Source: Patescibacteria group bacterium
Lineage (GTDB): Bacteria; Patescibacteriota; Patescibacteriia; 2-01-FULL-39-33
NCBI GenBank assembly: GCA_041649575.1
Contig: JBAZMW010000003.1
Span: forward strand, 122,102-186,101
DNA length: 64,000 nt
Reading direction: 5' to 3'
The notes under the pieces were generated by a model. That model was not told where the DNA came from and ran no database searches. It saw only the letters and a list, made by a program, of their open reading frames with translations. Every line of letters starts with the position of its first letter. Within the stretch, counting starts at the first letter, position 1. The position numbers were made by a program, and so were the translations under genes. This document shows, piece after piece, positions 18,698-26,042 of this stretch.

Positions 18698-20281
18698 ATG
18701 CCTAAAATCGAAGTTGATTTGTTGCCACCCCAGGAACCAGGTAGCGACATGCTATTGCCACGGCGCCGCCTAAGCTGGAAAAAAATCATTGCCAGTTTAA
18801 TAATAATCGCTATTATTGTGCTGGCGGTGTTTTCTTCTTCCGTGGTTTTTTCCGACGAAAGTCTAATAAAAAATTTATCAAAATTAAACTTTATTCAGCA
18901 GTTTGGAAGGTTAATCACCTCTCGCGACCGCGAGCTGTATGGCGAAAGCCAGGACCGGATAAACATCTTGATTATCGGCATGGGTGGCAAAAATCACGAA
19001 GGCGGCACACTGGCCGATACGATTATTTTGGGATCTTTCAAACCCAGCACCAAACAGGTGGCCATGATGTCAATTCCCAGAGACCTGACGGTACCCTGGA
19101 AAAACTACGGCTGGATTAGAATTAATGCGGTCAATGCTTATGCCGAAAAAGAACAAGCGGGCAGCGGCGGACCGGCGATGATAGAGCTGTTAGACAAAAT
19201 GCTTAATATCGACATCCATTATTATGTCACCATTGATTTTGACGGTTTTGAAAAAGTAATCGATGAATTCGGGGGCGTTGACATTAATGTAGACAAAGAT
19301 TTAATTGACTATCAATACCCTGTCCGAGGCCGGGAAGATGCTTACCCCATAGAAAGCCGCTTCGAAATTTTGAAAATCAAAAAGGGCCAGCAGCACATGA
19401 ACGGGGAATTGGCCCTGAAATATGCTCGCAGCCGCCACGCTCTGGGGGCCGAGGGTTCTGATTTCGCCCGTTCACAACGACAACAAAAAGTGATTGTGGC
19501 CTTGAAAGAAAAAATTTTTTCGGCTGGCACTTTTTTTAGTCCTAAAAAAATTAATAGTTTACTTAGCGCTTACAACGAAAACATTAAGACTAATTTAGAA
19601 ATCTGGGAGCTGCTACGGCTATCGCAGCTTGGGCAAAATACCGACACCTCGCAAATTATCAGCAAGTCAATAACCGACGGCGCCGACAGCCTGCTCTACT
19701 CGAAAATGATAAACGGCGCTTACGTGCTGTTGCCCAAAAAAGGTAATTTCAGCGAACTAGCCAGCGCCTGGCAAAACATTTTTGGCGACTCTGGCGGCGC
19801 CCAAAACCAAACCAGTGGCTTAAATGTTCCCGCCGAACTGCTTAAAGCAGAAGAACAAAAGGCCAGCTCCAGCGAAACCAAAACTTCTAGCACTCCGGCA
19901 GAAACAAAACCCGAAACAGAGCAAACTGATCAGACAATTGGAGAGCAGGCGGCTAACGAAGAATTACCTTTCACCGAGGAAAAACCAAAAACCCTGCCAC
20001 AACCAGAGGGGGCCACTGTCGAAATCCAAAATGGCACCTTTATCACTGGTTGGGCGGCCAGAGAAAAAACCGCTTTAGAAAATGAGGATTTAAAGGTAGT
20101 CAAAACAGGCAATGCCTCTTTGCGTAATTATAATTCAATAATCATTTACGATTTTTCCGGAGATAAAAATCCGACCACTGCCGAAATTTTACGAAAAAAA
20201 TATGGCGTGGCCATAACTTCTAAAATTCCTAGCGGCCTAAATTCTGTGGCCGACTTTCTAATAATACTAGGCAAAAAATAA
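18698..20281 (+). CDS. LytR/CpsA/Psr (LCP) family cell-envelope protein with C-terminal extension
   Basis: N-terminal TM helix; LCP core (NILIIGMGGKNHEGGTLADTIILGS.., MMSIPRDLTV, GFEKVIDEFGGVDINV). Confidence 0.8.
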   Translation: MPKIEVDLLPPQEPGSDMLLPRRRLSWKKIIASLIIIAIIVLAVFSSSVVFSDESLIKNLSKLNFIQQFGRLITSRDRELYGESQDRINILIIGMGGKNHEGGTLADTIILGSFKPSTKQVAMMSIPRDLTVPWKNYGWIRINAVNAYAEKEQAGSGGPAMIELLDKMLNIDIHYYVTIDFDGFEKVIDEFGGVDINVDKDLIDYQYPVRGREDAYPIESRFEILKIKKGQQHMNGELALKYARSRHALGAEGSDFARSQRQQKVIVALKEKIFSAGTFFSPKKINSLLSAYNENIKTNLEIWELLRLSQLGQNTDTSQIISKSITDGADSLLYSKMINGAYVLLPKKGNFSELASAWQNIFGDSGGAQNQTSGLNVPAELLKAEEQKASSSETKTSSTPAETKPETEQTDQTIGEQAANEELPFTEEKPKTLPQPEGATVEIQNGTFITGWAAREKTALENEDLKVVKTGNASLRNYNSIIIYDFSGDKNPTTAEILRKKYGVAITSKIPSGLNSVADFLIILGKK

Positions 20282-20358
20282 TGCGCGACACCTACTAGCC
20301 TTCGTTTTATTAAACCAATAAAAAAACACCGACCAGTCGCTGTCTCGAGTTTATTTTT

Positions 20359-21699
20359 TTATTTGGAGATTAAATCTTTGGTGAGAAATTCTTCCAAAGC
20401 CGCAAAACTAGCCATAACGTTCGCTGAGTTATTTTTCTCTCTTATGGCCCGTGACAGCTCAATCGTCTCTTCCCTTCTGCCTCGCTGGGCCGCAGCTAGC
20501 AGTAGAGCTAACTTATATTTAGGAACCGGGTCTAAAGCTAACTGAAGCGGGTCCTGATCCATTGCTCTAATAAAATCATCACTGACTTCATTAAGGTCTT
20601 GGCCACCGGTCAAGGCGGCTTCAAATTTTCCCCACGCAGTCATCACCCTTTTACCCCTGCTATCACCAATGGTTTTGAGCAGGGACTGGGCTTCGGTGAT
20701 ATATCTATTGGTTTTTTTAACCATTGATTCTAAAAATTCTACTAGCTGTCCATCTCGCCGCTGATCACCATTTAGGCTTTCATAAACCTCCTTCTCAATC
20801 TCCAACACGCTTTGCCCAGACACCCCCAAAACATCAACTTGCCTGGCCTTATCAAAATCTATTAAAAACAAACGTCCTTCGGCCCGCATTAAATTGCCCT
20901 GGTGTAAATCCAGATGAAAAAAGCCGGCGCCATGTAAAATTCTCAAAACCTCACGTAGAGCATTAATTTCTTCCTGGCTAATAATTCCGCTATTTCTTAA
21001 TTTTTCTTTTATAAATTTATCCCATTGCGGGGCTTCGCGGTGGCCATAAACACTGGAAATTAAAGCCAACAAATCTTCCCTGCCAATTTGAGAGATATAA
21101 TCCTCAACATCACCATTGGGACATTTGCTTCTAAATTTATCGGCTTCTTTTCTGATTAATTCCCGATAAGTGATTACCTCAAAATCATCGCCCTCCACCC
21201 TGTCCATTATGATAACTTCTACCTGGCCTAAATTTTTTGCCCCTAAGCTGGCGAGAAGTTTTTGGGTCTGTTCGCTTTGAATTGAAAGGTTATGATAAAC
21301 GGCTCTGGGAACGGCTACTTTTTGAGCCAGAGGACTATTGGCAATAATTTCTCCGGCTCTTGACTGCATTTGGCATTCCTGTTGACCTCTGCCTTTGGCA
21401 TAAATTTTTATAATTTTTAAAGCCAGCCCCGTTTCCGAACAACCCTCGGCCGTTGTTTCAAATAATTGAGGAAAAAACTCTAGCAAGCTTTCTCTGATAT
21501 TTTGAGGCAAAACTCTTAAATCCATCTCTAAAACTATGCCCGTACCGCCTTCACCGATTTTTTTATCAGCCGCGCCGCTTTTCAAAATAAATTCCAAAAG
21601 GGAGTCAACCGGCTCTCGGTTGCTGTCTTTTTCTTCTGCGTCGACTTCACTGGCCGCCACGCCAGAGAAATCTGGCGATTTTGGAGAAATTTTAGCCAT
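20359..21699 (-). CDS. protein-kinase-like fold protein (putative Ser/Thr or small-molecule kinase)
   Basis: Gly-rich loop IGEGGTGIV, beta3 Lys LALKII, catalytic loop HLDLHQGNLM (HxDxxxxN), and LIDFDKA (DFG-equivalent). Confidence 0.55.
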   Translation of the reverse strand: MAKISPKSPDFSGVAASEVDAEEKDSNREPVDSLLEFILKSGAADKKIGEGGTGIVLEMDLRVLPQNIRESLLEFFPQLFETTAEGCSETGLALKIIKIYAKGRGQQECQMQSRAGEIIANSPLAQKVAVPRAVYHNLSIQSEQTQKLLASLGAKNLGQVEVIIMDRVEGDDFEVITYRELIRKEADKFRSKCPNGDVEDYISQIGREDLLALISSVYGHREAPQWDKFIKEKLRNSGIISQEEINALREVLRILHGAGFFHLDLHQGNLMRAEGRLFLIDFDKARQVDVLGVSGQSVLEIEKEVYESLNGDQRRDGQLVEFLESMVKKTNRYITEAQSLLKTIGDSRGKRVMTAWGKFEAALTGGQDLNEVSDDFIRAMDQDPLQLALDPVPKYKLALLLAAAQRGRREETIELSRAIREKNNSANVMASFAALEEFLTKDLISK

Positions 21700-21795
21700 A
21701 AAAATTTTACCTGTGTTCCCATCTTAACACAAAAAAATCATAACTGACAAGACAAAAAATTGCTAATTGCTGCTTTTTCCGTTATTATTTTATAT

Positions 21796-23160
21796 ATGAA
21801 AGAAAAACTGCCTCAAGTCGCCATTGTCGGCCGCGCCAACGTCGGCAAATCCACTCTCTTTAACCGCCTAATCGAAAGAAACAAGGCGCTGGTTTCGTCT
21901 ATAGGCGGCACTACCCGCGATAGAAATATCGACACGGTAAAATGGCGCGACCGGATTTTTACTTTAATCGACACTGGCGGTTTGGATATTGACAGGGGCA
22001 TCGAAGAGAAAATCGCCCAAGGCATCATCAGACAAGCAGAAAAAGGCATTGCTCAAGCCGATCTTATTCTTTTTTTGGTTGACGCCAGAAGCGGACTCTT
22101 GCCAACCGACAAAGAATTAGCGCAACAACTAATCAAAAACAAACTAAAAAATAAAATTCTACTAGTAGTCAATAAGGCCGATTCTTTGAAATGGCGTCAA
22201 AACACTTCCGAATTTTATAAATTGGGCTTGGGCGAGCCTCTTATGGTCTCGGCTTCCAACGGCTCTGGCAGCGGAGATTTATTGGATGTGATTTTGGAAA
22301 GATTGCCAGCTAAGAGCGCCCGGCCTTTAGCCACGGCCGAGAAGCTGCCAAGCATAAAAATTGCTATCGTCGGCAAGCCTAATGTCGGCAAATCGTCGAT
22401 TATGAATTCCATACTGGGCGAAGAGCGGGTAATTATTACCGACATTCCTCATACCACCAGAGAGGCTCACGACACCGAATTTATCTATCAAAATCACAAG
22501 TTTATTATCATTGACACGGCCGGCATCAGGAAACAAGGAAAAATCCAACCCCGAAGCCTGGAGAGAAAATCAGTGGACAAATCGCTGGCCGCCATTAAAG
22601 AAGCGGAAGTGGTGATTTTGGTAACCGAGGTGCAAAAAAAAATCGATACTCAAGACAAAAAAATATCGCAAGAAATTTTGGAGGCCAAAAAATCGCTGCT
22701 TATCGCCGCTAACAAGTGGGATTTGATTCCCGCCAAAGACGAAAAGACCATTAATAAATACATCAAATATTATCAGGCGGCTTTCCCCTACCTGTGGTGG
22801 GCGCCGCTGATTTTCGTTTCGGCCAAAGACAACCTGAGAACCAAAAAAATATTGGAGTTGATTTTGGAAATAAAAGCGTCGCGGGAAAAAGAAATCTCCG
22901 ACAGCCAGCTAGAAAGATTCTTGAAATCGAAAATCAAGCAACATCGGCCCAGCCGCGGCCAGGGATTAAAAAACCCCTACATCTTCAAAATAGAACAAGC
23001 GGGAATCAATCCGCCGCGCTTTATTGTTTCTGTCAACGACCCAAAGATTTTGCATTTTTCCTATATCAGATTTCTGCAAAACAGCTTGCGGGAACAATTT
23101 AAACTAATTGGCACGCCTATACAAGTAGAAGTAAAAAAGTGGCAAAGAAAAAATTTATGA
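21796..23160 (+). CDS. der: ribosome-biogenesis GTPase Der (EngA), two GTPase domains + KH-like domain
   Basis: Two P-loops, GRANVGKST and GKPNVGKSS; DTGG/DTAG; NKWD/NKAD. The start is set at the internal ATG (MKEKLPQVAIVG); the ORF track begins at 21760. Confidence 0.85.
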   Translation: MKEKLPQVAIVGRANVGKSTLFNRLIERNKALVSSIGGTTRDRNIDTVKWRDRIFTLIDTGGLDIDRGIEEKIAQGIIRQAEKGIAQADLILFLVDARSGLLPTDKELAQQLIKNKLKNKILLVVNKADSLKWRQNTSEFYKLGLGEPLMVSASNGSGSGDLLDVILERLPAKSARPLATAEKLPSIKIAIVGKPNVGKSSIMNSILGEERVIITDIPHTTREAHDTEFIYQNHKFIIIDTAGIRKQGKIQPRSLERKSVDKSLAAIKEAEVVILVTEVQKKIDTQDKKISQEILEAKKSLLIAANKWDLIPAKDEKTINKYIKYYQAAFPYLWWAPLIFVSAKDNLRTKKILELILEIKASREKEISDSQLERFLKSKIKQHRPSRGQGLKNPYIFKIEQAGINPPRFIVSVNDPKILHFSYIRFLQNSLREQFKLIGTPIQVEVKKWQRKNL

Positions 23161-23723
23161 AATTAATCATCGGGCTGGGCAATCCCGGCAAAAAATACCA
23201 AAAGACTTGGCATAATCTGGGTTTTCTAATACTGGGGGAGTGGCAAAAAATTTTGGCCTTTCCCGCTTTCAAAAAACAACTTAAATTTCAAGCGGAAACC
23301 AGCGAAGGAAAACTGGGCGAAGAAAAGATAATCCTGGCCAAACCATTGACCTACATGAATAATTCGGGAGAAGCCGTAGCTAAAATAAAAAACTACTACC
23401 AGCTAGACCTGGATCAGATAATTGCCATTCATGATGATATCGACTTACCGCTAGGCAAGATCCGATTGGCCAAAAATTCATCGGCCGGCGGCCATAACGG
23501 AGTCAAATCGCTGATAGAAACTTTGGGCTCGCAAAATTTCTGGCGCCTAAAAATCGGCGTCAAGACGCCACGACTGGAAAAGATTAAGGCGGAAGATTAT
23601 GTTTTGGAAAAATTTAATAAACAACAAGAACTAGAAATCGCCAAAATAAAAAAAACAGCCGTAGCCGCGCTGGAAACCGGCCTGGACAAAAACTGGGAGA
23701 CGGCCATGAATCTTTACAATTAG
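23157..23723 (+). CDS. pth: peptidyl-tRNA hydrolase
   Basis: MKLIIGLGNPG.., HDDIDLPLGKIRL, GGHNGVKS motifs. The probable start is the internal ATG at 23157; the ORF track starts at 23139, overlapping the der stop. Confidence 0.85.
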   Translation: MKLIIGLGNPGKKYQKTWHNLGFLILGEWQKILAFPAFKKQLKFQAETSEGKLGEEKIILAKPLTYMNNSGEAVAKIKNYYQLDLDQIIAIHDDIDLPLGKIRLAKNSSAGGHNGVKSLIETLGSQNFWRLKIGVKTPRLEKIKAEDYVLEKFNKQQELEIAKIKKTAVAALETGLDKNWETAMNLYN

Positions 23724-23886
23724 AAAAGGCCTCGTTTCACCTGGGCTTGGCCTCGGGCGGTTGCCTAAGGCTAATTAAAGTGAAATGAGACCTCGCGAAA
23801 GTGCTTGGAGATGGAGGCAGGTATTCCGATTGCCCGTCTCGCCGAAGACGAAGCCGAGGCGGAAGCTACCCCCTCACTGAAAACCT

Positions 23887-23962
23887 TGGTGGACGCCGAC
23901 GGGATCGAACCGCCATCTCTCCTGGTGCTAGCAGGCCGCTCTACCAATTAAGCTACACGTCC
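23887..23962 (-). tRNA. tRNA-like gene, possibly degenerate; anticodon loop CUAGCAC gives apparent anticodon AGC
   Basis: A 76-nt cloverleaf can be folded by hand: T-loop GGTTCGATCC, D-arm GCTT/GAGC, CCA encoded. There is a G.G mismatch at 7:66 and a G.A at 27:43. A34 and A3:U70 are both unusual for a bacterial tRNA-Ala, so the identity is uncertain and it may be a pseudogene. Confidence 0.5.
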
Positions 23963-23973
23963 ACCAAATAGCT

Positions 23974-24051
23974 TGGCTCCCCGGGGAAGGATTTGAACCT
24001 CCGACCTAGTAGTTAACAGCTACCCGCTCTACCGGGCTGAGCTACCGGGGA
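23974..24051 (-). tRNA. tRNA-Asn (GUU), copy 1 (one extra nucleotide at T-stem/acceptor junction)
   Basis: Anticodon arm GGTAG-CTGTTAA-CTACT; T-loop TTCAAAT; CCA encoded. A hand fold leaves one extra C between the T-stem and the acceptor 3' strand. This may be real or a folding ambiguity. Confidence 0.65.
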
Positions 24052-24098
24052 ACATGAGAACACGAGTACTAATTCAACTAGCTACCTAGAGAATAGTT

Positions 24099-24173
24099 TG
24101 GTTTCCCGGGGAGGGTTCGAACCTCCGACCTGGTGGTTAACAGCCACCCGCTCTACCACTGAGCTACCAGGAA
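24099..24173 (-). tRNA. tRNA-Asn (GUU), copy 2
   Basis: Clean 75-nt cloverleaf: acceptor TTCCTGG/CCGGGAA, D-arm GCTC-AGTGGTA-GAGC, anticodon loop CTGTTAA, T-arm GGAGG-TTCGAAC-CCTCC, discriminator A, CCA encoded. Confidence 0.8.
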
Positions 24174-24414
24174 ACACGAGAACGAGTGTAGAAGGAGGAT
24201 GCTCGCCGAAGCGAGAGTCAGCCACCAGCTGGGGTCGACTATTGGTGGGTGTTCCATCCTCCAACCAGTAACGGATCCCGGCAGTTTTCCCGGAAATCCT
24301 GCCCCAAACAAAGATGCGGCAAGGGAGGAGCGTCGTGGGGTTGCCCGTGGGTGGCTTCACGGGGACCGCCAGGAGCACACCTCCCTTGCCCGACCCGACC
24401 GATGATGTCCTCAG

Positions 24415-24805
24415 CGAGAGTGAGATCCTGCTACCCGACAGGGGGAGGGCGGCAGAAACAATCATCCGATCGGTGGAACTGGCCAGGGCAAACAGTATTT
24501 CCGTTCGTGGAGAGCGCGCTGGGTGCTCTACTGATACGGAGAATGTTGCCCTGTTAATGGCTTTAAAGGAGGACGGAGCTGGGCTTGGGCGGCCCAGTAA
24601 GGCTACTACCGACATTGGGTGAAACCAGCTGGTCATTGGCGCCGGTAAACCTCTCCGTCCACAAGAACACTGATAACGGCCACAATTCTGTCCACTAGTA
24701 TATGGCTCCATCCATAAGGATAGAAACATAATTTGCGATGAACAACTGTTAGGAGGGAAACAGCTATCCACCAACTAGCAGACAGAATTATGGCCGTTAA
24801 TGATT
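24415..24805 (+). ncRNA. rnpB: probable RNase P RNA (rnpB), reduced bacterial type
   Basis: A GC-rich, ORF-poor block in an AT-rich genome, next to tRNAs. A P4-like pairing with a bulged U is present: 5' strand GGAAC-U-GGCCAGGGCAAACAG (24475-24495) pairs with the CR-V-like ACAGAAUUAUGGCCGUUA (24782-24799). There is a P2-like CUGCUA/UAGCAG pair. GGGUGAAAC (24618-24626) and GGUAAAC (24644-24650) match conserved regions III and IV. The ends are approximate. Confidence 0.45.
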
Positions 24806-24916
24806 ATCAAAGAACTTTACAGGATTCAGACAATATTTTATTTTATCATCTTAAATAAAAAAGTCAAGGGTATAAAATAAATGATTATTTTTTTAGCTAA
24901 ATTTAAATAAAAAATT

Positions 24917-26029
24917 GTGAGTGATAATAAACACGAAAAAGATCGAGAGTTAAAATACTGGCTGGCGCTAGCTCAAATCAAAAAAATCGGTCCGGTAAGC
25001 TTTAAAAAAATAATCGATTATTTTGCCTTAGGAGAAAACGCCTGGCGAGCCAATCTGGCAGACTTGTTGACGGCTGGTTTGGATAAAAAGCTGGCTGAAG
25101 AAGTTGTTGTTGAAAGGAGCCAAATCAATCCCGATGCCGTCTGGGAAAAAGTCAGCCAAAGCGGAGTCGGTTTTATTTTTATCCAAGACAAAAATTATCC
25201 GCAACTCTTAAAAGAAATATACAATCCGCCGGCACTGTTGTTTTTCCGCGGCTCGCCGGAAGCCATAAATAATTTTTGCTTGGCGGTGGTAGGCACGCGG
25301 AAATATTCGCCTTACGGCCAACAAGCTACCGAAGAAATCGCCGGCCAACTGGCCAGAGAACACCTGACAATAGTTTCCGGTTTGGCTTTGGGCATCGACG
25401 CCCTGGCCCATGAGGCGGCGCTAAAGAATAACGGCCTGACCGTGGCGGTTCTGGGAGCGGCGGTGGAAGAAAAAAGTATCTACCCGGCAGAAAACAGACG
25501 ACTAGCCGAAAGAATTGTCGCTAGTGGCGGCGCTCTGATCTCCGAGTACCCGCCCGGCACCCAACCGGCTAAATTCACTTTTCCTATGCGCAACCGGATA
25601 ATCTCCGGCTTGTCCAGAGGTGTGGTGGTGGTGGAAGCGCCGGAAAACTCCGGGGCGCTGATTACCGCCAAATACGCCTTGGAACAAAACCGTGAAGTTT
25701 TTGCCATACCGGGCAGTATTTATAGTAATAATTCTCAAGGCACCAATAATCTGATAAAGCTCGGCGCTAAAATGGTCACCCGGGCCGACGATGTTTTAGA
25801 AGAACTAAACTTGCAACAAGTGGCCAGATTTATGGAGAACAAAAAAATCTTGCCAGCCAATTCGGAGGAAGAATTGATTTTGAAAGCCTTGTCCAAAGAG
25901 CCGACCCATGTTGACAAAATCGCCAAAATCAGTAAACTAAAAATTAATGTGCTCTCGGGGCTGCTGACACTAATGGAAATGAAAGGATCGATCAAAGACC
26001 TGGGAGGAAAAAATTATATTTTAAGATAA
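24917..26029 (+). CDS. dprA: DNA-processing protein DprA (Smf)
   Basis: Rossmann-like DprA core ..AVVGTRKYSPYG.., SGLALGIDALAHEAAL, PMRNRIISGLS, EAPENSGALITA; GTG start in the ORF track. Confidence 0.85.
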   Translation: MSDNKHEKDRELKYWLALAQIKKIGPVSFKKIIDYFALGENAWRANLADLLTAGLDKKLAEEVVVERSQINPDAVWEKVSQSGVGFIFIQDKNYPQLLKEIYNPPALLFFRGSPEAINNFCLAVVGTRKYSPYGQQATEEIAGQLAREHLTIVSGLALGIDALAHEAALKNNGLTVAVLGAAVEEKSIYPAENRRLAERIVASGGALISEYPPGTQPAKFTFPMRNRIISGLSRGVVVVEAPENSGALITAKYALEQNREVFAIPGSIYSNNSQGTNNLIKLGAKMVTRADDVLEELNLQQVARFMENKKILPANSEEELILKALSKEPTHVDKIAKISKLKINVLSGLLTLMEMKGSIKDLGGKNYILR

Positions 26030-26042
26030 TCCCATCACCATA

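Noticed and set aside
21760-21795. ORF-track N-terminal extension of der (MLIAAFSVIILY)
   Set aside because: The hydrophobic 12-aa extension precedes the canonical Der start (MKEKLPQVAIVGRANVGKS). The internal ATG is the more plausible start, though this is not proven.
23724-23886. GC-rich spacer after pth examined for SRP RNA / 6S / 5S signatures
   Set aside because: No domain-IV GGAA-type SRP motif and no 5S loop-E or GAUGGUAGU box were found. Left as a member of the recurrent GC-rich motif family.
24180-24415. Considered tmRNA for the unassigned GC-rich 5' segment
   Set aside because: A bona fide tmRNA with G3:U70 acceptor and encoded CCA is present at 39567-39958 next to smpB. No tRNA-like 3' end or Ala-rich tag frame is visible here.
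24082-24774. Several overlapping ORFs on both strands (230 aa, 102 aa x2, 68 aa) inside the GC-rich block
   Set aside because: They are artefacts of high GC: no RBS, overlapping on both strands, Arg/Pro/Gly-rich nonsense composition. The region carries RNase P RNA signatures instead.
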